In this document: in pieces, positions 46,760 to 56,407 of the stretch | Numbering within the stretch: position 1 is the first letter of the stretch | How the letters are laid out: each line of letters begins with the position of its first letter | IMG/VR virus record: IMGVR_UViG_3300012953_000017 | Span: 1-64,000 of that record | DNA: 64,000 bases | Reading direction: 5' to 3' (one strand) | Source of the DNA: a virus | Notes under the pieces: model-generated | The model's database searches: none | Told to the model about the DNA's origin: nothing | What the model saw: the letters and a program-made list of their open reading frames with translations, nothing else | Position numbers and translations under genes: made by a program

Positions 46760-47317
46760 TTAGTCTCTCTGGTTCATGTAATTGTGGTGCTCCCAACATC
46801 TAGGTTCATATAGATCTGAGCCTCCCACAGCAATCTCGTCTAGTCCTTCTAGCTTTCTGTGTGTGTAAAAAGCGTCCCTTCCTGTAATAGGGCAGACAGC
46901 AGGGCACACTTCAATCTTGGTTGCCCATGGCATCATATCTCGGACTTCTTCAAAAACAACACCGCTGGCAGATAGCTGAAGCGAAGAAACAACGATCGTT
47001 TTGCCCGATCTAAATAGGCATAACAGAGCTTTCGATACACCTTCTATCATAAAAGCTTCGTCTACAGCAATGACGTCGACGCTATTTTCAGAATTCTGAA
47101 TGTGCTCCAGAACATCCTTACCGCAATTAACTCCAACTGCCTCAAGACTAGCGCCTGAATGTGTTCTGATTTCCACATCCGAATATCTGTCGTCCATTAT
47201 GGGCTTGAAAGCAATAATTTTTTTATTTTGATGCAAATATCTATCGACTACTGCCATCAGGCGTGTTGTCTTTGACCCAAACATTGGCCCAGTAAAAATA
47301 ATAAATTCAGGATCCAT
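46760..47317 (-). CDS. tdk: thymidine kinase
   Basis: GPMFGSKT, FKP..DDRY, DVIAVDEA, VGGSDLYEPRC. Confidence 0.92.
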   Translation of the reverse strand: MDPEFIIFTGPMFGSKTTRLMAVVDRYLHQNKKIIAFKPIMDDRYSDVEIRTHSGASLEAVGVNCGKDVLEHIQNSENSVDVIAVDEAFMIEGVSKALLCLFRSGKTIVVSSLQLSASGVVFEEVRDMMPWATKIEVCPAVCPITGRDAFYTHRKLEGLDEIAVGGSDLYEPRCWEHHNYMNQRD

Positions 47318-48335
47318 TTATACCTCTCTTGTTAAAATTCCACCAGTGCCAAGTTTGACGCAAACCTTCGTCCAAAGTTGTCTGAGCCTCAAACTTTAAT
47401 GCAAACTTTGCTGCGCCGCACCTGGCAGATGTGTGCATTACATCTCCCGATCGCCACTGTGCGTTCACGACTTCAACATCTACAAATCTTTCTTTAAATT
47501 TGTCTAGCACTTCATTGTTTGAATACGAGATTCCAGATGCTATGTTAAAACACTCGCCTTTAAAGTCAGAAGGGCAATTGGCAGCACATATGTTGGCAGT
47601 TGCTACATCATCAACAAAAATTAAGTCTCTTGTTTGGGTTCCGTCGCCGTCACTTCTTAAGGGGCTTTTAGAGTGCATCTTATTGCACCATGCAGATATT
47701 GCTGTCGAATATGGTGAATCTCCTGTTTGTCTAGGGCCGTACACATTAAAATATCTTAAGCAGACCACGTCTAAATCGTATAGATCAGCGAACATAGATG
47801 CGTACTGTTCACACTGAAGCTTCTGTAGGCCATAAGGCGAATTTGGACTTTTTGGTGCTTGCTCTGAAGTTGGCAAATCTTTTTGATCTCCGTACACAGC
47901 AGAAGAAGAAGAGAATACTATTCTATCTACAAACCCTACTGATGCAGCAAACAGTGCGACAGTCTTAAATAAATTAGTTTCAGTTGTCACTATAGGGTTT
48001 TGCACAGAATACTCTACCCTAGGGTTAGCAGCTAAATGAAATATGATATCATATTTTCCAGACCTGATGCTGTTTAGAATATTATCATGAACAAAGTCAC
48101 CTTGAATTAATAGTGTTCTTTCCTTAGGTCGTGTATTTTCCTTTTGATTCTGATATAAGTGCAGGGTGTCAGCCAAGACTGTTCTTACATCCAAACCTTC
48201 TAAAAATTCAAGATGCCCATTAGACATGTCGTCTATGATGTCTACTTGCCAGCCTTCACAAACTAATCTGTGCACTAAATTGCTTCCAATAAATCCACAC
48301 CCACCTGTCACCAGGGCTTTTTTAAAGCTCATCAT
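47307..48335 (-). CDS. NAD-dependent NDP-sugar epimerase/dehydratase
   Basis: TGGCGFIGS, HLAA, SSSAVYG, PYGLQK, LRYFNVYGPRQ, TRDLIFVDD. Confidence 0.92.
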   Translation of the reverse strand: MMSFKKALVTGGCGFIGSNLVHRLVCEGWQVDIIDDMSNGHLEFLEGLDVRTVLADTLHLYQNQKENTRPKERTLLIQGDFVHDNILNSIRSGKYDIIFHLAANPRVEYSVQNPIVTTETNLFKTVALFAASVGFVDRIVFSSSSAVYGDQKDLPTSEQAPKSPNSPYGLQKLQCEQYASMFADLYDLDVVCLRYFNVYGPRQTGDSPYSTAISAWCNKMHSKSPLRSDGDGTQTRDLIFVDDVATANICAANCPSDFKGECFNIASGISYSNNEVLDKFKERFVDVEVVNAQWRSGDVMHTSARCGAAKFALKFEAQTTLDEGLRQTWHWWNFNKRGINGS

Positions 48336-48390
48336 ATTCTCCTAAAAATTCAACTAACAATAATATTCAAACGCACATATTAGTTTAAAA

Positions 48391-49299
48391 TTAATCAATG
48401 ATATGGGCAGAGTTCATAGCGCAGTTTAAAATCACTGTATTGTTTAAGTCTAATTCAGATCTTATTGAGGCTGCGATGTGAATTAAAAACTTGAGATCAT
48501 AAGGAAAAGTATTGACAACATCAGAAGACCTACAAACTACGTGTACATTTAGAACATTGTTGCGGAGCATTGTATGAATTAAAGATATGCAAGAATCTTG
48601 AGTGAATACAAACCTTCTTGTTGTCTTTGGATCTTGACTTCTGCCATATTCGTTGTCACCGGAAATCTCTTTTTTTATGTTTTTTAGAACACCGTTTTTT
48701 ATTGTAGCATAGTAATTCTTTTCAGGCGGATGATCCATAATCTTTGGGTCATTAAATAAATCAATCTTGTCAAACTGAAGCGACAAGTTTAATGGTGACA
48801 CTTCTTTTTTACCCGAACACGACACAAAATCAGAGATAATGCCTCCCATGTTTTCAATAGACTGATTTTCTAAATTATAAATTTGATCGACACAGCTTAA
48901 CGCTAGATCGTTTTCTGTTAAGAACCCATCTTCGACAACTATTACATTAGGCAGATGTTTAATTTTTTCTGTCTCTTCTGAAAAAATATCATACAGGCGA
49001 CGAAGTGAAGACAAATTCTGGATTTCGTCCCCTCTAAGATGATATCTGTATCTAATTACTTCCCATTCAGGCAGAAGTACTACTATCCTGTTATTGAGGT
49101 TGCACAAATCCTGCCAAAGACGGCGGCGATGGTCAACCACGTCTCGGCCGTAAAGACGAGAATAGCAAACCATGCTTAAATTAGATCTATCCTGTATGTT
49201 CCATTTGTACCCCGTCATCATATGAATCGAGTTGTACAGTGTCGTTTTTCCAGCCAGATCTGGCCCTTCTATCGTTATTGAGTTCGTTGACAATATCAT
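48391..49299 (-). CDS. dNMP-kinase domain fused to a truncated thymidylate-synthase-fold domain (dCMP-modifying type)
   Basis: IEGPDLAGKTT and QDRS (kinase); RR....DSC...H......RSSD....PYD...NSAHI (TS fold). Confidence 0.7.
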   Translation of the reverse strand: MILSTNSITIEGPDLAGKTTLYNSIHMMTGYKWNIQDRSNLSMVCYSRLYGRDVVDHRRRLWQDLCNLNNRIVVLLPEWEVIRYRYHLRGDEIQNLSSLRRLYDIFSEETEKIKHLPNVIVVEDGFLTENDLALSCVDQIYNLENQSIENMGGIISDFVSCSGKKEVSPLNLSLQFDKIDLFNDPKIMDHPPEKNYYATIKNGVLKNIKKEISGDNEYGRSQDPKTTRRFVFTQDSCISLIHTMLRNNVLNVHVVCRSSDVVNTFPYDLKFLIHIAASIRSELDLNNTVILNCAMNSAHIID

Positions 49300-49840
49300 A
49301 GTTGATATTATACACAGCTCTTGTGTGCTTTACAACACTTCGTTGTGACTCTTTAAGATCTTTTAGGTAATGCTTTCTCGTACCTAGTATGTGATCCCAC
49401 AGCGGAAATGTTACACACCAATTTGCATCTTGATTTTTCCCCATATGATGATCATAATGCCAAGGCGCATACTTTTTTGCCCAACTAGGATCTAAGTGCG
49501 ACTTTCTATGAATTAGAAAATATGCCAATGCCATGAGAATCATAGCACCCGAATACCAAGGAAAGAGAAAAAATGAAGGAATCTGAGCTACAGAGAGTAG
49601 AACTAGAGAAAGAATTTCTTTTGTTCCTTCATTCCACCCTTTGAACAGCTTAAGATAATCGTCGTCGAAGTATTCATTCTTGCGAGATTTTTTATGATGC
49701 ACTTTCCAGTGTGAAGACCAAAAACTGTTCTTTTTCTTTCCTAAACCATGAAGAACATATTTGTGTATGAGCCACTCATAAAGATTTGCTATGATGATAC
49801 CAAGTGCAATTTGTACTAAGGCACTCAGCACCATCATCAA
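49187..49840 (-). CDS. fatty-acid hydroxylase / sterol desaturase family membrane protein
   Basis: His boxes EWLIHKYVLH, HWKVHH, IHRKSH, HYDHH; N......WDHILGT. Confidence 0.85.
   Translation of the reverse strand: MMMVLSALVQIALGIIIANLYEWLIHKYVLHGLGKKKNSFWSSHWKVHHKKSRKNEYFDDDYLKLFKGWNEGTKEILSLVLLSVAQIPSFFLFPWYSGAMILMALAYFLIHRKSHLDPSWAKKYAPWHYDHHMGKNQDANWCVTFPLWDHILGTRKHYLKDLKESQRSVVKHTRAVYNINYDIVNELNNDRRARSGWKNDTVQLDSYDDGVQMEHTG
49307..49335 (-). promoter_or_regulatory. promoter TTGTAA-17-TATAAT for the kinase-TS gene
   Basis: Recurrent architecture; sits inside the 3' end of the upstream ORF. Confidence 0.55.
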
Positions 49841-49943
49841 CCTCCGATTAGCCCGAAGGAGGTTCTAAACTGTGTCAAAAAGAAGGACATTGAGCGAGGC
49901 CTCCGCACCTCATTCTATAAGTATGCATTTTTTTACCTCTTGC

Positions 49944-52900
49944 TCAATCAAAAGCAGTAATTTTTCTAACTTTTGCAGAAGATGTTGACATTCCCCAGTT
50001 TGCATCGTTGTGGACGTCAGCCATCCACAGTGTGTACAGCTCTGGCGGCTCACTAAAAGAACCCCAAACTCGAAGCCATCCTGTATTGTTATCCAAGTCC
50101 ATTACTTTAAACCGATAGAAAGGTTTTCCGTTCTTGGTTTTTTTAGAAATGACATCGGTTATGCAGAACCAACCTACACCCCGGGTGCCCGGGGAGACCT
50201 CAAAAATTGAATCAACATTCTTGGATTCGATTCTTCTTACAAACTCATCTGGAAAAACTAAATTGTTGCTTACACCTGATGTGAGATCGATATAATTAAG
50301 AATCTTTTCCGTACGATTCCAGTCAGGAAGGCTTGCATAGTCTTTCTTTAACATAGAAAGGATTGGCGTCAAAGTTTCGCCATTCTTTTCTGCACGCTTT
50401 ACTTGCGTCTTGGTTTTGCCATACCTCCCTTTGCGCAAAAGGTCATAGTTCTTGCCATCGGTAATGACCGCCAAAAGCTGTTTGTGATTAATCACTTCTC
50501 CAGTTTGCATCTCTGTAAGAGAGCCAAATGCTTCGATTTTGCACAAAGATGTAAAACAAGTCTTATTGAGTTTTGAATGCTTCCAAGAACCGTCTTCATT
50601 CCAAAACAAGTCGTCTAAAGATTTGTAAGGTCTCCGAATCATGATTTCTTCCATGGCTACATTTCCTACACCTTTTACAGCACTTAGAGGAGGAACGAAA
50701 GCACCTACCTCTTCAGAATAGGACCACTCATCGCCTGAATAGTTTACGTCTGAAGCAGCTATCTTGTACCCATATTGCTTGATCTCAGACATTGCCTTTG
50801 CAAGACCTTTTGGGCTGTTATTTTCAGACTGAAGAATTGTTGCTAGCCACTCATGCTCGTAGTGTGTGTGGAGCCACGCTGCGTAATAAGAATCGATGGC
50901 GTAAGACACTGCGTGTGATTTATTAAAGCCATATACAGAGAACGCTTCAATAGTCTTCCAGAGAGCTTCTGTGATACTTCTGTCGATGCCATGGAGGGAG
51001 TGCGCGCCTTCGACAAACTTCTTACGTGCTGCCTCTCGTTCACCGCCTTTTTTGCCCATCGTGTCTAGCGACTTCTTAACCAATGTCTTTCGAAGTTTAT
51101 CAGATTCACCGGGGGAGAAGCCAGCTAGTTCCACAGCAAGTGTCATAAACTGCTCTTGAAAAACAACAAAGTTAAATGTTGGACCTAGAACTTTTTCAAT
51201 CACAGGATGATCATACTTGATCTCTGATGCATTCTTTTTAGCTTTTACATATTTCCTATGGACATTTGCTTTTAAAGGTCCTGGGCGGTAAATAGCTGTT
51301 AATGCAGCCAACTCTGTGATGGTTGTCGGCTTGGCGGCTAGACAGAAGCGCCTTGCTCCGACAGCTGTAAATTGAAATACGCCTGTGAATCGAGCATTGT
51401 GGTAAACATGTTCCCACACATCAGGATCATCTTGTTGATTATATCTACAATTTAAGTGCTTGTCAAAGAATGCCTTAATGTCGGCAAAAGAAGGACTTGG
51501 GCTTCCTTGCTTTTTTAGAATACGCCCAATACAGTTTTCAACATCCTTTAGCAGGGTGAGTCCTAGAAAGTCGAACTTTAGAAAACCATTGTCTTCTAGA
51601 TTCCGGAAGTTCATACCTTCTGTCCATGGAGTTTGCAAGTCGCCACGTACTCCAATGATTGGCATTGTTTTTGCAAGATCATCTGGAGGTGCAATGATTA
51701 CGCCGCCGGCGTGTCTTCCGATGGATCGATTTTCCATGAAAAGTGTTTCAACGTGCCTACCAACTTCAGGATACTTTTCCATGAATTCACGATAACCCTT
51801 AGAGTACTTAAGGCAGTCTTCATGTTTTAGGACAAACACAGACTTTTCTTGATTCTCATCCTTCGCAAACTTCATAACCTCGTCTTGCAAAGGTCCGGTC
51901 ATCTTGTTCACTTCTGCAAAGTCGATACCGTAAAACTTAGCAATGTCCTTAATCAGTGACTTTAGCTTGAGTGTGTTAAAGTTAGAGACAGGAATAACAG
52001 CATCATCACCAAACAACTCCCGGGAAGCATCAATAAGCGCATCTCGATCGCCGGCGTCGGTGTCAATGTCAGGCCATGAAGTTCTATGGCGCCCTAGGAA
52101 CCGCGACCAGAGCAAACCATGCGGAAGTGGATCGATCTGAGTGATTCCTAGTAAATAGTTTACCAGTGAGCCGGCTCCGGAGCCTCTTCCTGGGCCGAAA
52201 AGCGTGCGTTTTTCAGCAAGATGAAATATCTTGTACATGGCCAAGAAGTAAGCTTCATATCCGAGGTACTTAATGTCAGACATTTCTTCTTTCATGCGTT
52301 CGACATATTCAGGCTTTGAAGCCAAGTCCTCTCTAATCATCGCCTCTTTAACAAGGTCCGCCAGCATTTTAAAAGCCGGCTTTTCTGGAGATCCAAACTT
52401 TGGAAGTTTTACACTAGTGTCAATCCACGTGTCTTCGCACTTTTGCCACGCAATATCATGAGTGCGCTCAATAGCATCACGAACTGTTTCCTCGTACCCT
52501 TTGTAGAAATCATATTCCGCATATCCTTGGTGGAACTCTTCCCACATCTGCTGTGCATTTTTAGGGTACAGCTTACATTTTAAGTCTTCTTCTTTTGGAA
52601 GCATGCTTTGGTCAAGCTTAGCACCCATCCATCCGAGCTTTTTATAAAGCTCGCGTGCTTGCCACTTTTGTGGATCGGGAAAGTGTGAGTCAGCTGTGGC
52701 GATAAGAGGAATATTGGTCTTTTTAGAAAGCTCTAAGAGACACCGATTTGTCAGGTGCTGTGCAGGAAGGTCGTTAAACTGCATTTCTAGGAAAAAGTTA
52801 TCCGGCCCCACACAATCGACAAACCGGTCTGTCATATTTTCTAACCTAGACATGATTGGATTGTAGTCGCCGGGACTATTCATCAAGTCAGGATGTAGTT

Positions 52901-53582
52901 CATCAAACATCATTCCGCCGAACTGTCTGTAAATCAGACCGGAAGCTAAGCCACCTACACAAGCTGTAGAAACCACTAAGCCTTCACCATGCTCTTTAAG
53001 CATCTTGTAATCAATTCTAGGAAAGCGATAAAAACCGTGCTTATACGACTTTTTAACAAGTGTAAAGAGGTTGCCTAGACCTACCTGATTTTTGGCGACA
53101 ACGACAAGATGGTAATAACGCTTCCATTCAGGCTTGTTCCCTCTGGACCGTTTGGTCTCTTCTTCGTCTTCAATTACGTGACCGCCCTGCTCGACTTCCT
53201 GGTCGGCGATGATTACGGTTTTTTCAGTCGAGAGCTTTTCTTTTTGCTTTGCACTCTTTGCGTCTTTGATAGCTTGACGGTGCGCTTCGTAAGACACTTT
53301 CCAGTCTTCCAAAGAAGGTACAAAGTAAAACTCAACACCATACAGTTGTCGATATTTCCGGCCAGCTTTCTGCATTTTAACAGTATGTGATCTAGCATGT
53401 GCAAGACCAGATCCGTTTCCATGATCAGTTAAGGCCCAAGCATCCATTCCTTGTGCATCACTTAGCACAAAATCGATATGCTCTTTAGGATATCCTAGGC
53501 CATCAAATGTGCTAAAAGATGAATGTGCATGAAGACCCACAAATCTTGTGGGTGGCCTGATATCTGTGATAATGTTTGACAT
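49944..53582 (-). CDS. dnaE: DNA polymerase III alpha subunit (family C)
   Basis: PHP domain LHAHSSFSTFDG/TDHG, GPGRGSGAGSL, PDIDTD, RHAGGV, KFDFLGL, YRPGP, YGFNKSHA; GGAGG precedes ATG 53582. Confidence 0.96.
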   Translation of the reverse strand: MSNIITDIRPPTRFVGLHAHSSFSTFDGLGYPKEHIDFVLSDAQGMDAWALTDHGNGSGLAHARSHTVKMQKAGRKYRQLYGVEFYFVPSLEDWKVSYEAHRQAIKDAKSAKQKEKLSTEKTVIIADQEVEQGGHVIEDEEETKRSRGNKPEWKRYYHLVVVAKNQVGLGNLFTLVKKSYKHGFYRFPRIDYKMLKEHGEGLVVSTACVGGLASGLIYRQFGGMMFDELHPDLMNSPGDYNPIMSRLENMTDRFVDCVGPDNFFLEMQFNDLPAQHLTNRCLLELSKKTNIPLIATADSHFPDPQKWQARELYKKLGWMGAKLDQSMLPKEEDLKCKLYPKNAQQMWEEFHQGYAEYDFYKGYEETVRDAIERTHDIAWQKCEDTWIDTSVKLPKFGSPEKPAFKMLADLVKEAMIREDLASKPEYVERMKEEMSDIKYLGYEAYFLAMYKIFHLAEKRTLFGPGRGSGAGSLVNYLLGITQIDPLPHGLLWSRFLGRHRTSWPDIDTDAGDRDALIDASRELFGDDAVIPVSNFNTLKLKSLIKDIAKFYGIDFAEVNKMTGPLQDEVMKFAKDENQEKSVFVLKHEDCLKYSKGYREFMEKYPEVGRHVETLFMENRSIGRHAGGVIIAPPDDLAKTMPIIGVRGDLQTPWTEGMNFRNLEDNGFLKFDFLGLTLLKDVENCIGRILKKQGSPSPSFADIKAFFDKHLNCRYNQQDDPDVWEHVYHNARFTGVFQFTAVGARRFCLAAKPTTITELAALTAIYRPGPLKANVHRKYVKAKKNASEIKYDHPVIEKVLGPTFNFVVFQEQFMTLAVELAGFSPGESDKLRKTLVKKSLDTMGKKGGEREAARKKFVEGAHSLHGIDRSITEALWKTIEAFSVYGFNKSHAVSYAIDSYYAAWLHTHYEHEWLATILQSENNSPKGLAKAMSEIKQYGYKIAASDVNYSGDEWSYSEEVGAFVPPLSAVKGVGNVAMEEIMIRRPYKSLDDLFWNEDGSWKHSKLNKTCFTSLCKIEAFGSLTEMQTGEVINHKQLLAVITDGKNYDLLRKGRYGKTKTQVKRAEKNGETLTPILSMLKKDYASLPDWNRTEKILNYIDLTSGVSNNLVFPDEFVRRIESKNVDSIFEVSPGTRGVGWFCITDVISKKTKNGKPFYRFKVMDLDNNTGWLRVWGSFSEPPELYTLWMADVHNDANWGMSTSSAKVRKITAFD

Positions 53583-53600
53583 GTAGCCTCCGGAAGACAT

Positions 53601-53634
53601 AAAAAAACCTGGCATAGATATTCTATACCAGGTT
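53601..53634 (-). terminator. intrinsic terminator overlapping the dnaE promoter
   Basis: Minus strand AACCTGGTATAGA-ATA-TCTATGCCAGGTT followed by a T run. Confidence 0.6.
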
Positions 53635-53656
53635 CGTAAGAATTACACTTTTTCTT

Positions 53657-54628
53657 CTAAAAGAATTGTGTAAGATCGATATTTTTTCTCTCGGCTTCCT
53701 GAAGATGTTTGAGCGGATTATAATCTTTACCTTCATTATTCAGAATGCTTTCCCAAGAAGACATTATTCCTTCTCTGAGAGAATAGCTAGGCTTCCAAGC
53801 TGTAATATTTCTAAACTTATCACAGCTAAGAAGGTGATTCCCTAGATAGTCAGTTTGAGGATGCCACTTAATTTTCTTCTGAATATCTAGGCCGGAGACT
53901 TCGGACATCATGTCGACTATTTTTCCAACCTCAACAGGTGTTTCTGCAGCAATGTTAAAATCGTACCCCCACAACCCTAAGTGACAGGCAAGTGCAACGG
54001 AATCACAAAAATCTTCTACGTGCAAATAATCTTTTGTTTTGGCTGGATCTAAAAACATGTCTATGCTGTCAACGCTGTCATCTAGAGCAGCGAAGAAAGA
54101 TTTCGCTATGAGTGAGTTCATATCTCCAACGCCGCCGTAAGCAAATAAGGGACGCATGATAAGCCATCGGTCGCAATGAGACTTGACAACAAACTCAGAG
54201 GCTAGCTTATGTGCGCCATAGAGAGTATTAGGGCCTAAAGTTGAGGCTTCAACAATTTGTCGATCTTGATACAGACTTGTATCGTATATGACAGTAGTGC
54301 CCATGTAGCACACAGGAATCCCTAGACTATTTGCTGCTCTACAAATTGTGTAAGTTCCTGTCACGTTTGAATTAGTAGCTTCATGTGGATTTAGAGCTAC
54401 AACATCTGTGCCTACCATAGCTGCATTGTGTACAACTAGCCCAATTTCGTTCTCTGAAAGCGCTTTTGACCAAGCTGCCTCAGAGTTTCTCCAGACGCAC
54501 AATTCACCAGAAGGCGTTTTTTCTAGGCTGTCTGAAGTTAGAGTAACTGCCTCTTCGCCTACTTTAGCAAAAGACTTTACTAGATTTCTTGCGATAAAAC
54601 CGTTTTCACCCGTGACAAGAACTTTCAC
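53657..54628 (-). CDS. NAD-dependent epimerase/dehydratase (second, divergent)
   Basis: VLVTGENGFIA, HNAA, YGAHK (YxxxK), KDYLHVED. Confidence 0.85.
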   Translation of the reverse strand: MKVLVTGENGFIARNLVKSFAKVGEEAVTLTSDSLEKTPSGELCVWRNSEAAWSKALSENEIGLVVHNAAMVGTDVVALNPHEATNSNVTGTYTICRAANSLGIPVCYMGTTVIYDTSLYQDRQIVEASTLGPNTLYGAHKLASEFVVKSHCDRWLIMRPLFAYGGVGDMNSLIAKSFFAALDDSVDSIDMFLDPAKTKDYLHVEDFCDSVALACHLGLWGYDFNIAAETPVEVGKIVDMMSEVSGLDIQKKIKWHPQTDYLGNHLLSCDKFRNITAWKPSYSLREGIMSSWESILNNEGKDYNPLKHLQEAERKNIDLTQFF

Positions 54629-54640
54629 TTTTGCTCCTTA

Positions 54641-55087
54641 TTACTCGATGTCTAGATCGTATGGTTCCTCAATAAGAGTACCCGCTTGTTTACATCTGTC
54701 CAAGTAATCCTCAAGCTGCTCAAAAGATGTGCATACTTTGACACCACTACGTGCTAGCATTAGGTTGAACTTTGCTCCTTCAGGTAGACCTTGGCAGAAA
54801 TAAACAATTGGCACATTATTTGCATGAGCATAACCTGCCTCCCAAATTGTGCCGATATCCTTATCACGTGTGTTGACAATAAGAAAATCTGCTGTTTTAA
54901 TGTGGTGAAGGTTACCTGAGAAGACCTCATCCTGTACGCTCTTCGGTGCGTCAGGTGGACACACAAAAATTCTGCGTGGTGAGGCGAGGTCGATCCAGTC
55001 ACGATCGTCGCAAATCTTCTCTAGACTTGTTAGTTCTTCTGCTTGTACTGGATTAAACCAGCCTGATGCTAAATAAATCTTTTTCAT
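54641..55087 (-). CDS. nucleoside 2-deoxyribosyltransferase / nucleotide N-hydrolase family protein
   Basis: IYLASGWF, D.GT.WEAGYA.A...P, NLML. Confidence 0.88.
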   Translation of the reverse strand: MKKIYLASGWFNPVQAEELTSLEKICDDRDWIDLASPRRIFVCPPDAPKSVQDEVFSGNLHHIKTADFLIVNTRDKDIGTIWEAGYAHANNVPIVYFCQGLPEGAKFNLMLARSGVKVCTSFEQLEDYLDRCKQAGTLIEEPYDLDIE

Positions 55088-55099
55088 TATTGCCTCTTT

Positions 55100-56071
55100 C
55101 TAAAACTTGTTGTTATAGTCATCTTTGAGTTGGGCGAACTCCGACATGAGATCTCGCCACATAGTTGTAAATACTTTCTCTCCAGTGCCGTGAGTACCAT
55201 TAAGTTCTTCGCGGCGGCACTGGTAGATCGTGTCGTCCGGGTGGAAGTCAAAAGTATCATTCTTAGGTTCTGGCCAGTAAAGATTTGTGCCACGACTGAT
55301 CCACTTGTCGCCCTCTTTCACCCTAAAGGTCTTGATATAGTGCATATCAGGTGTATCAAACTTGAACACGTTTGTTAGCTCTGGAATTGCCTTGCATGCC
55401 TCAATTGCCATTCTTGCGGCCAAAATGTTATCAGCTGCTGGCTGAATCTGAACATCTTGGCGTTGACGAACAAATCCAATGAGATCTTTTAGATTAAGGC
55501 GCATGTAATAAAAAGAAGTTAATGCTTTTGGCAAAATCATACGAGCATCCATCATGGAAACAACTTTAGAATCCGTCATGTCAGCATAAAGATCCTTAGC
55601 TTCTAAGACTAGCTTTTTATATCGCTCTAAAAACGCCGGAGAATTTTCTACAGACTCAGGAATTACTGCTGCATCATCGCGTAGATCTCGATCGCCGGTG
55701 CATTGAGCTGCGAAAGAGCCGGCTCGATGGCGAATGATATGGGTCACCTCTTGAAAAGAAAGACCGGAGAGACGAAAGGTAAATCCTAGACACTCCATTG
55801 GAGTTGGTAGTGCTCGGAACTGAAGAACGTCAAGCAAGTTTTTGCTTTTTAAACTGTCTTCTGCAGTGTCCGGATTAATTTCGTCAGGGGTGTCGGCCCA
55901 AGTTGCCTTAACATAATGCCAAGCAACGTTTCTGGCCTGCTCAGTAGAAGGTGCATCTACCAATTCTACCTTTAAAGCTTCTAGGTTATTTTCGAACTTG
56001 GTCGTAGGTTCCTGACCAAACTTGAGATCCATGGGGAGAACGATAGGTTCTAGATCTGTATTTTGTGGCAT
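55100..56071 (-). CDS. thyX: divergent flavin-dependent thymidylate synthase (ThyX-like)
   Basis: PME...FTFR....S....HIIRHR..SF, DARMILP, NLKDL..F..QR. Confidence 0.75.
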   Translation of the reverse strand: MPQNTDLEPIVLPMDLKFGQEPTTKFENNLEALKVELVDAPSTEQARNVAWHYVKATWADTPDEINPDTAEDSLKSKNLLDVLQFRALPTPMECLGFTFRLSGLSFQEVTHIIRHRAGSFAAQCTGDRDLRDDAAVIPESVENSPAFLERYKKLVLEAKDLYADMTDSKVVSMMDARMILPKALTSFYYMRLNLKDLIGFVRQRQDVQIQPAADNILAARMAIEACKAIPELTNVFKFDTPDMHYIKTFRVKEGDKWISRGTNLYWPEPKNDTFDFHPDDTIYQCRREELNGTHGTGEKVFTTMWRDLMSEFAQLKDDYNNKF

Positions 56072-56101
56072 TGCTTTCCTCCTTTGTGCCAGGTCAATGC
56101 A

Positions 56102-56407
56102 CTAAAAATACCACGATTCATCCCAGTGTTCAACACTAGATGTCTTATTTTTGTCATCTTTTTTGCCTATAATTTCATTCCAAAAGATCGACAATGAATT
56201 GGTATATCCTGATCGATTGAGCGCGGTGTCACCCATATGCAACCAAAGATTCATGCACACATCATGGTAAGCTTCATCTATTTTATCTCGATTTGACTCA
56301 AGTTTCCACTCGTCCGGGACACAATCTTTAGGTGCAGTGCCTGAGTGGATTAAATCGATAGCACGGCGAACACTTTTATGAATTTTTAATAAGTTCATAC
56401 AGATCAT
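56102..56407 (-). CDS. hypothetical protein
   Basis: ORF in series. Confidence 0.55.
   Translation of the reverse strand: MICMNLLKIHKSVRRAIDLIHSGTAPKDCVPDEWKLESNRDKIDEAYHDVCMNLWLHMGDTALNRSGYTNSLSIFWNEIIGKKDDKNKTSSVEHWDESWYF

Noticed and set aside
49944-53582. Intein or intron in dnaE (charged insertion in the PHP domain)
   Set aside because: The insertion is short, lacks C/S...HN splice motifs and LAGLIDADG blocks, and the frame is uninterrupted.
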